From: an uncultured Nitrososphaerota archaeon
GTDB taxonomy: Archaea; Thermoproteota; Nitrososphaeria; Nitrososphaerales; Nitrosopumilaceae
Direction: 5' to 3'
DNA length: 64,000 nt
Assembly (NCBI GenBank): GCA_963701075.1
Contig: OY969559.1
Coordinates: forward strand, 768,001-832,000
Part shown: one piece after another, positions 38,974 through 50,924 of the stretch
How positions within the stretch are numbered: position 1 is the first letter of the stretch
How the letters are laid out: each line of letters starts with the position of its first letter
The notes under the pieces: model-generated
Seen by the model: only the letters and a program-made list of their open reading frames with translations
Database searches by the model: none
What the model was told of the DNA's origin: nothing
Program-made: the position numbers and the translations under genes

Positions 38974-39144
38974 CTACTTTTCGTCCTCGTCTTTGATTCC
39001 CCATGTTCTTACAAGCTCTTTTTGGAACTTATCCACCTGCTTTTCGTTTAAGGAATCTCCGCAATTCTTGTGTGTTGGAACTACTACCATACCGTCCAAC
39101 TTGAATTCAACTTCATACATGTGGACTTTTTCACACTCGCACAT
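38974..39144 (-). CDS. 56-aa CxC...HxxC micro-protein (below cutoff)
   Basis: MCECEKVHMYEVEFKLDGMVVVPTHKNCGDSLNEKQVDKFQKELVRTWGIKDEDEK*. Confidence 0.65.
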   Translation of the reverse strand: MCECEKVHMYEVEFKLDGMVVVPTHKNCGDSLNEKQVDKFQKELVRTWGIKDEDEK

Positions 39145-39221
39145 GTGCGAAGTACATAACGTTCCACTATATTTGCTTATTTGAAACCTTTAACTATAAG
39201 ACGGCGAGGTAGCTGAAATAG

Positions 39222-39899
39222 ATGGCCAACATTAAACTGGTGGCAATTTTTACTATTGTTGTAGTGTCAGCTGCTGCAGGGCTGATGTGGCCGTTTTTTA
39301 CAAATCTGCATTTTACCCCCCTACTATCAAGTACGGCAAGCCAGTGGCAGATGGGAAAAGGGTCTCAATATGATCCTGAGATGGTGTATCAAGTCTCTTT
39401 TAATAACACCAACTTCACAGCAGACATGAAGTTTTTGCCTATGCAAGGCCAGAATCAGAGCTTGCTTGTACAGATAAAACCTAGCGGTAGTGACAAAATA
39501 ATAAATCAGACAGTACAAATTGGTCTTGTTTACGATTATCCAAACGTATCTGGTGAAGCAAAACCATACTTTGACATGTTAGATCAATCAGTCTTTTCCA
39601 TGCGTGATTTTGCAACTACTAGCCAATATCTTGTAAAAGGCGCTGACTGGGGAGACATGTACATAGGAGCAAATCACGAAACACTTGATGTGACAGATAC
39701 AGGAAACATGACCTTTGGATTTGGCTCGGCAAATGCATACTTGATATCTTACAGAATAGGTGCAAATGAAAACAAAATCTGGATTGTAGATAATTTGCCA
39801 CTCCCTGTAAAGTCTCAGATATATGATTTTAATGGCACTATGGTTTATAATTTTGAATTGGTCTCACTCAAGGCTCCGTCTACTCCTGGATTTAGCTGA
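39222..39899 (+). CDS. N-terminally anchored exported beta-rich protein
   Basis: TM helix, WQMGKGSQY, IWIVDNLPLPVK; paralogue of 60187. Confidence 0.75.
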   Translation: MANIKLVAIFTIVVVSAAAGLMWPFFTNLHFTPLLSSTASQWQMGKGSQYDPEMVYQVSFNNTNFTADMKFLPMQGQNQSLLVQIKPSGSDKIINQTVQIGLVYDYPNVSGEAKPYFDMLDQSVFSMRDFATTSQYLVKGADWGDMYIGANHETLDVTDTGNMTFGFGSANAYLISYRIGANENKIWIVDNLPLPVKSQIYDFNGTMVYNFELVSLKAPSTPGFS

Positions 39900-40369
39900 T
39901 AACAGTTAATCAAAAGCCAGTCGCAAAACTTTGATATGCTATCATCGAATTTGCCCCACACATGCAAAGATGCGGGCAATATGTCCAGCCTTAAATTTTC
40001 TAACATGACTCTGACCCCCTCTTTTCCTTCATACATGTACGCATCCTGCACTTGGGGCTTGTCTAGCATCTCTACAGCTTTTGATTTTATCAAATCTCGA
40101 GCAATTGAAAAATTCCTGCTATTTCGCTGAAAGACCATTCCGATATTCTCTGTTCCATATGATTCAAAATCCTCGATCTTTCCTCTTTGAGGAAAATTCA
40201 ATGAAAGAATTATACCATGTTTTTTCCCTACTTTTAAAGCAGTTTCATTTATTATAGTAAATGCCATCGCTGGATTTTTTTTCAAAAGGATTCTGATCTG
40301 TGGCATGTTTGATCCAAGTTCGGCTCTAAGTTCGGCAGTAATTGAGGAAAAGATCATAATTACAAACAA
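39845..40369 (-). CDS. hypothetical protein
   Basis: 174 aa, DAYMYEGKEG.RV, ILPASLHVWG; 55-bp convergent overlap with the previous gene. Confidence 0.7.
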   Translation of the reverse strand: MFVIMIFSSITAELRAELGSNMPQIRILLKKNPAMAFTIINETALKVGKKHGIILSLNFPQRGKIEDFESYGTENIGMVFQRNSRNFSIARDLIKSKAVEMLDKPQVQDAYMYEGKEGVRVMLENLRLDILPASLHVWGKFDDSISKFCDWLLINCYQLNPGVDGALSETNSKL

Positions 40370-40427
40370 GAAATTTTCTCATATATTTATTGAGTTTACT
40401 TAATTACCGGTTTCCTATTATTTACTC

Positions 40428-41069
40428 ATGCTTCCACTTGACAAAGATGGGGTTCCGCACGATGAGGGCTCAGAAAGAGCTTCAAGCGTTGAAGACTATA
40501 AGGTAACATGCATACAGTTCATCAAGGACATTAGCGGCGACTATCTTGCATGGGTAGATTATTACAAACTTCCGCCAGATGAGGACAAAAAAAGGAGGGA
40601 TCGAATACATGCAATAGTGGAACGCACAAATGAATGGATTGCCAAAGTTGCAACCACCATCAAGGCAGTTGACGTCGTGATGAATGATGGAATTCAGAAA
40701 ATGGCAGAAAACACCGCGGGCTATCCTTTTCAGATTGGGGTCTTTGTAAACAATGCGTCTGGATACACACTTGCAAAGCCTGGCATGGTAGATATCAACA
40801 TCAAAGCAGTTGGAAGAGATGGCTCCAAAGTAAAGCTAGGCTGGCACCAAAAGGAAAAGAGATTTCTCACAAATTCCACAAGCCCTGTTACAATTGATGA
40901 ACCAAGTGATGCAGCGCAGGAGTTTGAAATGTTGGATTTGCACCTAAATATGGATGCTCAAAAATGCCATCCGCGAGATGTCATATCATTTACTGTAATA
41001 GTGATTGAAACAAAAGATGGTCAAGAATATGAACGACGAGGTACTACCACAATCATTCACATGGGATAA
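40428..41069 (+). CDS. hypothetical protein
   Basis: 213-aa ORF, divergent from 40369. Confidence 0.7.
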   Translation: MLPLDKDGVPHDEGSERASSVEDYKVTCIQFIKDISGDYLAWVDYYKLPPDEDKKRRDRIHAIVERTNEWIAKVATTIKAVDVVMNDGIQKMAENTAGYPFQIGVFVNNASGYTLAKPGMVDINIKAVGRDGSKVKLGWHQKEKRFLTNSTSPVTIDEPSDAAQEFEMLDLHLNMDAQKCHPRDVISFTVIVIETKDGQEYERRGTTTIIHMG

Positions 41070-41370
41070 CTTCAAGCACTATTCTTGAATCCTCGGCTCG
41101 CCTGTCAGCATATTTCATACGAGATATCTTTTTTGTCAATTCTTCGTCCTTGACTAGCGATGCATAACCTGGAAATGTTGTATCGTTTATCGTTATCTTG
41201 ACTAGTGGGGTCACAATTGCATTTTTTAGCCAATCACTATCTGGATTTCTTCTTGAAAAATAGAACTTGCCATCATGAAATACCGCTCTGAGCTCTACGG
41301 CATGTTCTTTTCCAGTCTTTCTTCCTGTTGTGGCTAGAATGCAAGTAAATGGCCCCTCCTTGAACTTCAC
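41053..41370 (-). CDS. deazaflavin (F420)-dependent oxidoreductase, Ddn/nitroreductase-like
   Basis: L.TTGRKTGKEH...L, SDWLKN....P.V.I split-barrel motif. Confidence 0.75.
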   Translation of the reverse strand: MKFKEGPFTCILATTGRKTGKEHAVELRAVFHDGKFYFSRRNPDSDWLKNAIVTPLVKITINDTTFPGYASLVKDEELTKKISRMKYADRRAEDSRIVLEVIPCE

Positions 41371-41458
41371 AGGTATAATTTCTGTTATAAAGAATTTAAC
41401 CCATTAGATTGAAAACTCTGATACCTAATTCAATAAACTGACTTGGCAACTCTCGTGT

Positions 41459-41905
41459 ATGGCAACCTCGCTAGAATTTAACAGAAATCAGATAAAGGCA
41501 GACGAGTTTAAAGGAAAAAAAGTCATCGACAGAGAAGGAATAGCATACGGTAAGGTAAAGCACGTACACATAAACTCTGATACACTAGAAGTGGTAGGGG
41601 TCACAGTCCATGAGGGATTTGGCAAGGACTACTTTCTGTCACGAGATTATGTGGATAGATTTACTGAAGAATCTGTCTTACTTTCCTCAGCACCGATAAG
41701 AACCGACATAACTGTGGTTGATATTGACGGCAAAAAGGTTGGAAAGGTAAAACGACTTCACATGAACAAAGATACAAACGAACTTGAATCAATCGAAGTA
41801 ACCGAGGGTCTTACCGGCTCGAGAATATTCCACACATCTGAGATTTGGGGTGTTGGAGAGAAGATTATTCTCAGACTGACAAAAGACGAATACAAAAAAC
41901 CTTAA
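41459..41905 (+). CDS. tandem PRC-barrel protein
   Basis: Two GK.V.D.(E/D)G...GKVK..H.N..T.E repeats. Confidence 0.85.
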   Translation: MATSLEFNRNQIKADEFKGKKVIDREGIAYGKVKHVHINSDTLEVVGVTVHEGFGKDYFLSRDYVDRFTEESVLLSSAPIRTDITVVDIDGKKVGKVKRLHMNKDTNELESIEVTEGLTGSRIFHTSEIWGVGEKIILRLTKDEYKKP

Positions 41906-42154
41906 TTTTTTTTATTAATTATTCCCTATACTTTATTCTGATAAAATTACCTAGTCCCATTTTACCTTGATTGATTAAAGTATCTGTCAAACTAAAATCC
42001 GATGATTTAGGATACTGTAACATCATTTGCCTGATATGACTATACCATGCAGTTGCAAGGAGTCCACAGGCTATCTAATTTAATCATAATTGACAAAAAC
42101 TACAACAATTCCTCACTTATGAGATCTTCTTGATATTCTACGACTCCCTCATCG

Positions 42155-45100
42155 TTGAGAGTCTCTCTTACACTAGTAGGAATCATAGTATTTGCACTGT
42201 CAAGTGCCATGCTTGGATACGCATGGGCATCCGGTTCTCCGCCTTTTGTGATACAATGGGGAACTTATGGGCTACAGACTAATGGACAATTTGCCTTTCC
42301 GCAAGGAATAGCTACTGATCCTTCAGGAAATGTCTATGTTACAGACTTGGGCAACAGAAGAGTCCAGGAGTTTGATAACAATGGTAACTTTTTGTCTACA
42401 TGGGGAATCAAAGGATCTGGCAATGGCACTTTCGAAGAACCTGAAGGAATAGCAGTAGGTGGAGGTTCTGTTTACGTTGTTGATAATGAGTTGAACATGG
42501 TTCAAAAATTTGATATGAGTGGACACTTTATCACGCAATGGGGAAGTAGAGGCAGTAGCAATGGACAATTTTTACTTCCTCAAGGAGTTGCAGTCGACTC
42601 TAATGGTAACATTTACGTTGCAGATACTGGAAATAGCAGAGTCGAAAAGTTTGGTGCTAACGGGACATTCTTGCTTTCAATTGGAAGTAGTGGTCTTGAT
42701 AATGGTCAGTTTCTCTCCCCACACGGAGTAGCTGTTGATTCGTATGGTTATGTCTATGTTACAGACACTGGAAATAATAGAATTGAAAAGTTTGGTCCCG
42801 ATGGAACTTATCTACAAACATATGGCGCATCAGCCGGCCTAAAATCACCAATTGGAATTGCCGTTGATAAATCTGGTGATATCTATGTTGCAGATGATGG
42901 AAATAACCAAATTGTTGAATTTGACAGTAACGGAAATACAATAGCTTGGGGTAACGCTGGCACAGGACCAGATTTCTTTATGGAGCCAAGAGATGTTGCA
43001 GTTGACTCGGCAGGAAATGTCTTTGTTGTAGACAGCGATAATAACAGAATACAAAAATTTGGCTCATCAACACCACCACCGCAAATACCATCACAAACAA
43101 ATCAAACTAGCAAAACCACTCAAGCACAAAGTACTCAGACTACCCAGAATCAAAACACAGTGCAAAGTAATCAGACTACGCAGAATCAAAATACAGTACA
43201 AAGTACAAATTCATCATTAATTACAGATCCAAGTGAGACTACACTGCCGCAAATTACTGCTCCACCTAACATGACTGTCGAAGCAACAGGAATTTTGACT
43301 CCTGTTTCTATTGGTCAGGCTACTGCAACCGATGCAGTAAAAGTTGTCTCCATTACTAATAATGCACCGTCTAAATTCCCGTTAGGCGTAACAATGGTCA
43401 CGTGGATTGCCATGAATGCGGGAGGAAATACTGCAAAGGCGGTTCAAACAATAACTATAGCTGATACCACTCCTCCTACACTTACTGCTCCACCCAATGT
43501 TACTGTTCAGGCAACAAGTTCTAATCATAATACTGTCAATCTAGGACTTCCATCTGCATTTGACGCAGTAGGAGTAGAATCTATCACAAATAATGCCCCG
43601 CCATACTTTCCATTGGGACAAACAGTTGTTACTTGGAAAGCAATTGATCCGTCAGGTAATGTAGCTACTGCCACACAAACAGTGACGGTCCAAGATACTA
43701 CACCCCCAACAATAAGAGCACCTGCAGACATGACTGTTAATGCCACTGGAACACTAACACCGGTGAATGTCGGTCAGGCAACTACCACTGACAACATTGG
43801 AATTGCTTCACTTACCAATAATTCCCCCCAACAAGGATTTCCACTTGGTACCACTATAGTTACTTGGACTGCAGTTGATGCAGGTGGAAATACGGCTAAT
43901 GCAACACAAAAGATAACAGTTGTTAATAATACTCCGCCAAAGCTAACCCCACCAGCAAGTGTCACCTTTGAAGCAACGTCTCTTAACAATAACATAGTAC
44001 CACTTGGCAATGCAACAGCTACTGATTTTCAGCAAGTCACTATAACCAATAATGCTCCTAGTGTATTCCCACTAGGTAAGACAACAGTACTGTGGACTGC
44101 AAAGGACGCATCAGGTAATACAGCTAATGCCACTCAGACTGTTGTTGTACAGGATACCACTGCACCAAAGCTAACCCCACCAGCAAGTGTCACATTCCAA
44201 GCCACTTCACTAAATAACAATACAGTACCGCTTGGCAATGCAACAGCTACCGATATCGAACCAGTCACCATAACTAACAACGCATCAAAGACATTCCAGC
44301 TAGGCAAGACAACAATATTGTGGACTGCAAAGGACGCATCAGGTAATACAGCTAATGCCACTCAGACTGTTGTTGTACAGGATACCACTGCACCAAAGCT
44401 AACCCCACCAGCAAATGTCACATTCCAAGCAACGTCTCTTACCAATAACACAGTACCACTGGGTACTCCTACAGTAACTGACATTGAACAAGTCACTGTA
44501 ACCAATAATGCTCCAAAAGCATTTCCAATTGGAATGACTACTGTCATTTGGACTGCAAAGGATACATCAGGTAATACAGCTAATGCAACTCAAACGGTAA
44601 ATGTAGTAGATACCACTGCACCAAAGCTAACCCCACCAGCAAGTGTCACATTCCAAGCCACTTCACTAAATAACAATACAGTACCGCTTGGCAATGCAAC
44701 AGCTACCGATATCGAACCAGTCACCATAACTAACAACGCATCAAAGACATTCCCACTAGGCAAGACAACAGTACTGTGGACTGCAAAGGATACATCAGGT
44801 AATACAGCTAATGCAACTCAAACGGTAAATGTAGTAGATACCACTGCACCAAAGCTAACCCCACCAGCAAGTGTCACATTCCAAGCCACTTCACTAAATA
44901 ACAATACAGTACCGCTTGGCAATGCAACAGCTACCGATATCGAACCAGTCACCATAACTAACAATGCTCCTAGCGTATTCCAAATAGGAAAGACAACAGT
45001 ACTATGGACTGCAAAGGACACATCAGGTAATACAGACTAATGCCACTCAAACGGTAAATGTAGTAGATACCACTGCACCAAAGCTAACCCCTCCATCTAA

Positions 45101-47030
45101 TGTCACATTCCAAGCAACATCTCTTAACAATAACACAGTATCCATTGGTAATGCAACAGCTACAGACGCTGAGCCAGTCACCATAACTAACAACGCATCA
45201 AAGACATTCCAGCTAGGCAAGACAACAATATTGTGGACTGCAAAGGACGCATCAGGTAATACAGCTAATGCCACTCAGACTGTTGTTGTACAGGATACCA
45301 CTGCACCAAAGCTAACCCCACCAGCAAATGTCACATTCCAAGCAACGTCTCTTACCAATAACACAGTACCACTGGGTACTCCTACAGTAACTGACATTGA
45401 ACAAGTCACTGTAACCAATAATGCTCCAAAAGCATTTCCAATTGGAATGACTACTGTCATTTGGACTGCAAAGGATACATCAGGTAATACAGCTAATGCA
45501 ACTCAAACGGTAAATGTAGTAGATACCACTGCACCAAAGCTAACCCCACCAGCAAGTGTCACATTCCAAGCCACTTCACTAAATAACAATACAGTACCGC
45601 TTGGCAATGCAACAGCTACCGATATCGAACCAGTCACCATAACTAACAACGCATCAAAGACATTCCCACTAGGCAAGACAACAGTACTGTGGACTGCAAA
45701 GGATACATCAGGTAATACAGCTAATGCAACTCAAACGGTAAATGTAGTAGATACCACTGCACCAAAGCTAACCCCACCAGCAAGTGTCACATTCCAAGCC
45801 ACTTCACTAAATAACAATACAGTACCGCTTGGCAATGCAACAGCTACCGATATCGAACCAGTCACCATAACTAACAACGCATCAAAGACATTCCCACTAG
45901 GCAAGACAACAGTACTGTGGACTGCAAAAGATGCTGTAGGCAACATATCTAATGTTACTCAAATAATTGACGTAGTAGATACCACTGCACCAAAGCTAAC
46001 CCCACCAGCAAGTGTCACATTCCAAGCCACTTCACTAAATAACAATACAGTACCGCTTGGCAATGCAACAGCTACCGATATCGAACCAGTCACCATAACT
46101 AACAATGCTCCTAGCGTATTCCAAATAGGAAAGACAACAGTACTGTGGACTGCAAAGGATACATCAGGTAATACAGCTAATGCAACTCAAACGGTAAATG
46201 TAGTAGATACCACTGCACCAAAGATAATTCCGCCACATACAGTCATAGTTAATGCTACAAGTCCTACAAGTAACCAAGTAAACATTGGTAATGCTACAGC
46301 TACCGATAACACCGAAGTAGCTTCCATTACAAATGATGCTCCTACAGTATTTCCATTTGGTAACACAACAGTAACTTGGATTGCAAAAGACATGGCAGGT
46401 AATATTGCGACTGCAACTCAGCTAGTTGAAGTAGTTGATCATTCTCCACCACAGCTAACAATTCCATCATCTATTACCATAAATGCTACTTCCTTTGCAA
46501 CTCCAGTTTCAACAGGTCAAGCTACAGCAACCGGTATCATTGATACTTCACCTACTATAACAAACAACTCTACCGGTCTATTTCATATTGGAAAGACGAT
46601 AATACAATGGACTGCTGTTGACAAGTTTGGAAATACAAAGTCGCTAGATCAGACAGTCAATGTTCTAGCATGTGGAAAGCCTGAATCTCTCTATAATGTA
46701 ATTATAGGAACTAACAGTAGTGACACCTTAACAGGTTCGCCAGTATCGAACTTGATATTGGGGCTTGATGGGAATGATACGATTCACGCAGGTCCAGCAG
46801 GAGATTGTATCATTGCAGGAAACGGTAACAACATAATATTTGGAGGTAGTGGAAATGACATAATTATTGCAGGTAATGGAAATAACGTCATCAGGGGAAG
46901 TACCGGTAATGAATTGATCTATGTAGGAACTGGAAGCAACATAATCCAAGGTGGCACTGGTCATAATACATGCTATCTAGGCAACCCAAGTGCAGATACA
47001 GTGGCTAACTGCCAGGCTCAAAAACAATAA
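42155..47030 (+). CDS. giant surface protein: NHL beta-propeller, about 15 HYR/Ig-like repeats and RTX-like C-terminus (apparent +1 frameshift near 45036)
   Basis: Signal peptide, six P.G.A.D..GN.YV.D.GN.R..KF NHL repeats, Q/T linker, 76-aa repeats WTAKD.SGNTANATQTV.V.DTTAP, GGSGNDII repeats. An extra A in ACAGACTAATG versus ACAGCTAATG in sister repeats. Confidence 0.88.
43930..46225 (+). repeat. 228-bp near-identical tandem coding repeats with a 4-unit (913-bp) higher-order duplication
   Basis: GATACCACTGCACCAAAG recurs about every 228 bp; 44362-44547 matches 45275-45460. Confidence 0.9.
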
Positions 47031-47099
47031 AACTTCTACTGTTTTTTATTGAATAATTTTCATATAGATTATAATGACAACCTGTCTTTTTGAAGATGG

Positions 47100-48377
47100 A
47101 TGTCAAACTCAAAGAGACTGTTTTTGAGATCAAAGAAAGTAATTCCTTCTGGAATCAATAGCCCAGTTAGATATTATGATCCTTATCCATTCTTTGTCAA
47201 AAAGGCTCAAGGAAGCTCACTTTGGGATGTTGACGGAAACCATTACCTTGATTTTTGCAATGGATATGGTGCACTATTGCTAGGTCATAGACGAAAGGAA
47301 ATTATTTCTAGCGTTATGTCTCAACTGAAAAAGGGAACTCTTTACTGTGCACCAACAGAACTTGAAGTGGAATTATCTGAGCTGATATCAAAAAACTTTC
47401 CTTCAATGCAAAAAGTTAGACTAGTAAATACAGGAAGTGAGGCAACTATGACTGCTATAAGACTGGCAAGGGGTTTTACAAAAAAGAAAAAGATCATCAA
47501 GTTTGAGGGGTGTTATCATGGTGCACACGATTATGTTTTGGTAAAGGCAGGGTCTGGAGCAGCCCATATGGGAATATCTGTTTCTGATGGAAGTCTTGAA
47601 GAAGTTTCCAAGAATACGCTAGTTGTTCAGTACAATAATTCTCAGGAACTTGCTTCTGTTTTAGAAAAAGAAAAAGATGTTGCGGCTGTAATAGTAGAAC
47701 CAGTTCTTGCAAATATGGGACTTGTGTTACCAGAAAAAAATTTTCTAAGCGATATAAGAAAAATTACATCAGAAAATGGCAATCTTTTGATATTTGACGA
47801 AGTTGTGACAGGATTTAGAATGTCTCCTGGAGGGGCTCAGAAATCATATTCTATAGCGCCAGATATCACCACTCTTGGCAAAGCGTTAGGAAACGGCTTT
47901 GTTATTGCAGCAGTTGGTGGAAAAAGTGAGATTATGGATCTCCTTTCTCCCGAAGGAAAGGTCTATCAAGCAAGCACATATGCTGGCAATCCTGTATCTG
48001 TATCTGCTGCACTTGCCTCTGTAAAAACAATGAATAAGAAAAAAGCCAAACTTTATCCTAAACTTGAGAGAGCCTGCAAGGGCTTGGTATCGGTTCTGGG
48101 AGATCTTGCATCTGATGTGAATATACCGCACCAAATTAATTCCATCAGTTCCATGTTTCAGATCTTTTTTACAGACAAGCAAGTGGTTGACTATTCCACT
48201 GCAAAGTCATCTGATACTATGAAATTCAAAAAATTATTCAATGGGTTACTAAAAAATGAAATCTTTGTGGCACCATCGCAATTTGAAACCGTTTTCCTTT
48301 CATATGCTCATACAGATGAAGATATACAAAAGGCAGTTATTGCATATGAAAAAGCGTTAAAGACGGTGAAAGAATGA
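47100..48377 (+). CDS. hemL: glutamate-1-semialdehyde 2,1-aminomutase
   Basis: PSGINSPVR, NTGSEATM.AIRLARG, KFEGCYHG, IFDEVVTGFR, LGKALGNG. Confidence 0.95.
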   Translation: MSNSKRLFLRSKKVIPSGINSPVRYYDPYPFFVKKAQGSSLWDVDGNHYLDFCNGYGALLLGHRRKEIISSVMSQLKKGTLYCAPTELEVELSELISKNFPSMQKVRLVNTGSEATMTAIRLARGFTKKKKIIKFEGCYHGAHDYVLVKAGSGAAHMGISVSDGSLEEVSKNTLVVQYNNSQELASVLEKEKDVAAVIVEPVLANMGLVLPEKNFLSDIRKITSENGNLLIFDEVVTGFRMSPGGAQKSYSIAPDITTLGKALGNGFVIAAVGGKSEIMDLLSPEGKVYQASTYAGNPVSVSAALASVKTMNKKKAKLYPKLERACKGLVSVLGDLASDVNIPHQINSISSMFQIFFTDKQVVDYSTAKSSDTMKFKKLFNGLLKNEIFVAPSQFETVFLSYAHTDEDIQKAVIAYEKALKTVKE

Positions 48378-49310
48378 GATATCTTGTAGGTGCCAGAGGA
48401 AGTCAACTGTCTCTCAGCTCAAACTAACTGGGTTATTTCAGAATTAAAAAAGAACACCCCACAGACAGAATTTGATATAGTTCCAATAAAAACAAAAGGA
48501 GACACAGATGCAAGACCGCTTTTTACTATAAACCAAAAAGGAATATTTGAAAAAGAGATCGATAGGGCTGTTGCTGAAAAAAAAGTGGATTTTGCAGTAC
48601 ATAGCTTAAAGGATGTTCCAGCAGAACTGCCTGAAGAACTCGTGCTTGCATGCATTCCAAAGAGAGAGCCTGCAAATGACATATTCATATCAAAAGATGG
48701 CAAGACGTTAAATGCCATAAAAAAAGGAGCAGTCATTGGCACAAGCAGCTTGAGAAGAGCCGTACAAATATCACGGCAGCGACCAGATTTGATAGTAAAA
48801 CCAATCCGGGGCAACATAGAAACAAGAATCAAAAAAATAGACGAGGGTAAATTTGACGGTATAGTTTTAGCTCAAGCTGGTATACAACGATTAGGACTTG
48901 ATGTGAAATTTGAGATACTCCCTGTAGATGTTTTTGTACCTTCTCCAGGTCAGGGTGCTCTGGCAATAGTGGCAAGAAAAGATAACATCACATTACTTGA
49001 TACACTAAAAAAAATTGAGGATCAGGCCTCAAGAATTGCAATTGAAGCTGAACGTTCATTATCCATGTTTGTAGACTCGGGATGTAGGTTCCCTGTAGGG
49101 GCTCTTGCTGATCAGGATGGAGGAAAACTGACTCTTAGCGTTACGGTTTATTCTGTAGACGGCAGCAAATTTATCACAGTTAAAAGAGATTCTGAACCAA
49201 CGCAGGCCAAAGAGCTTGGAAGACAAATTGCCTCAGAACTTTCAGCAAAAGGAATAGAAGAGCTGGCAAAGAACTGGAGAGAAAAGGTCGAGGAATGGAA
49301 TCAAAAATGA
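48374..49310 (+). CDS. hemC: hydroxymethylbilane synthase (apparent +1 frameshift near 48413)
   Basis: MRYLVGARGSQLS from ATG 48374, then TKGD, GIFEKE, VHSLKDVP, GTSSLRR, RGNIETR, GC.FPVG. Confidence 0.93.
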
Positions 49311-50050
49311 AAGGTAAAGTCTTCATTGTAGGGGCAGGCCCGGGCGATCCTAAGTTGATTACCCTTAAGGCTGTTGAAGCAATCAAGTCATCTGATGTAG
49401 TCCTGTTTGATAGGCTGGTAAGCAAGAAAATAATCGATATGATTCCAAAAAGAACTGAAAGAGTGTATGTTGGAAGAGATGTGGGCGATGATTACAAACA
49501 CCAGGATGCGACAAATGAATTGATGGTAAAATATGCTAAAACCAAAAAAAACGTTGTCAGACTAAAGGGAGGAGACCCATTTATTTTTGGAAGAGGAGGA
49601 GAAGAAGCAGAATTTCTCAGGGAACATAAAGTCAAATATGAAATTATTCCAGGAATCACTTCTGGAATAGGTTCTGCAGAATATTCTGGAATACCTCTAA
49701 CCCACAGAGACTATGCATCTTCTGTTGTGTTTGTTACAGGTCATGAGGATGCAAAAAAGACCCAAGGAGCAGTAAACTGGAAAAAACTAGCCAAATCTGT
49801 TGACACTATAGTGATAATGATGGGGCTTTCAAGACTTGAGATAATTTCAAAGAGTCTGATCAGTGGAGGCCTTGACAAGAATACCCCTGTTGCAGTAATT
49901 CAGAATGGTACTACTGATAAACACAAAATGATCAAGGGAAATCTGGCAAATATTGCAAGGAAGGTCAGTGAATCAAAAATAAGACCTCCGTCTATAATTA
50001 TAATAGGCAAAGTTGTCTCTCTTTCAGAGAAGATAGGGTGGAGAAAGTGA
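49307..50050 (+). CDS. cobA: uroporphyrinogen-III C-methyltransferase
   Basis: VGAGPGDP.LITLKA, VRLKGGDPFIFGRGGEE, PGITS, GIPLTHR. Confidence 0.94.
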   Translation: MKGKVFIVGAGPGDPKLITLKAVEAIKSSDVVLFDRLVSKKIIDMIPKRTERVYVGRDVGDDYKHQDATNELMVKYAKTKKNVVRLKGGDPFIFGRGGEEAEFLREHKVKYEIIPGITSGIGSAEYSGIPLTHRDYASSVVFVTGHEDAKKTQGAVNWKKLAKSVDTIVIMMGLSRLEIISKSLISGGLDKNTPVAVIQNGTTDKHKMIKGNLANIARKVSESKIRPPSIIIIGKVVSLSEKIGWRK

Positions 50051-50841
50051 TACAGGGAAAAGTCATAGCAATCACACGCTCTAAGGAGGACTCGGAGGAG
50101 TTTGTCCGCCTAATTACGGGTGAGAAGGCACGTGCAATATCGCTTCCAACCATAGATCTTGTCAGCAAAGGCGAGGGAATGGTAGATGAATTTCTAGATG
50201 CGGTAAAGGAAGAAGATCCTGACTTTTCTGTATTTATGAGCTCAAAGGCTGTAAAACTACTGTTTGGTACTGCTAGAAAGATCTCAAAGTATGAAAAGCT
50301 ACAGCTAGGAGTGGCAAACACCACAGTAATTGCAGTTGGTCCAAAAACAAAGACAGCGCTTGAAGCAGAAGGAATTAGAGTGGCTCATGTTCCTGAAAGG
50401 TTCTCGTCAGTAGGTGTTGGCGAAGTTTTCACACGCCTGAACGCAGAAGGAAAAAAAGTAATTGTACCAAGAAGCGGAGCATCTACAGAATTTCTAGCTC
50501 AACTTCTTGAGAAGATAGGGCTCAAAGTAAAGGAGGTTTACTTGTATGACGTCAAGTCTCACAGCGATCTGACTCAATGGATAGAATTCAAGCAATTGTT
50601 TTCAAATAACAAGGTAGATGGTATTGTCTTTACAAGTGCGTCTTCTGTCCGGGCATTCTTTGAGATTATGCTTGGCGACACAGATGAAAACACATTGAAG
50701 ACAAACCTGAAAAAAACAACTGTTGTGGCAATAGGTCCGTTTACCGCAGATGAATTAAAAAAATCTGGAATAAATCCAATAATTGCAGATGTTCATACCG
50801 TTCCAGGTGCGGTAGAGACGATAAAGAATTGTCTCTGCTAG
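50047..50841 (+). CDS. hemD: uroporphyrinogen-III synthase
   Basis: IAITR, AVGPKT..AL, FTSASSVRAF, AIGPFTA; hem operon context. Confidence 0.9.
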   Translation: MIQGKVIAITRSKEDSEEFVRLITGEKARAISLPTIDLVSKGEGMVDEFLDAVKEEDPDFSVFMSSKAVKLLFGTARKISKYEKLQLGVANTTVIAVGPKTKTALEAEGIRVAHVPERFSSVGVGEVFTRLNAEGKKVIVPRSGASTEFLAQLLEKIGLKVKEVYLYDVKSHSDLTQWIEFKQLFSNNKVDGIVFTSASSVRAFFEIMLGDTDENTLKTNLKKTTVVAIGPFTADELKKSGINPIIADVHTVPGAVETIKNCLC

Positions 50842-50924
50842 CTTTATCTTCTAACATGTCAATCTTTCACTAGAGAAAATTTGGATTTTTTTAAACGTTA
50901 TTCTAAGATCTTGGAATAAGATCG

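Noticed and set aside
43930-46225. Regular repeats as a CRISPR array
   Set aside because: Units are 228 bp, in frame and protein-coding, with no unique spacers and no cas genes.
6564-49310. About 11 split genes (leuC, nucleotidyltransferase, rrp4, pfdB, nadK, htpX, rpl10e, 35878 gene, 37845 gene, surface protein, hemC) as programmed frameshifting or pseudogenisation
   Set aside because: Each is fixed by a single-base indel (ten insertions, one homopolymer deletion). There is no shared slippery motif, and essential genes are hit. This is typical of unpolished long-read error.
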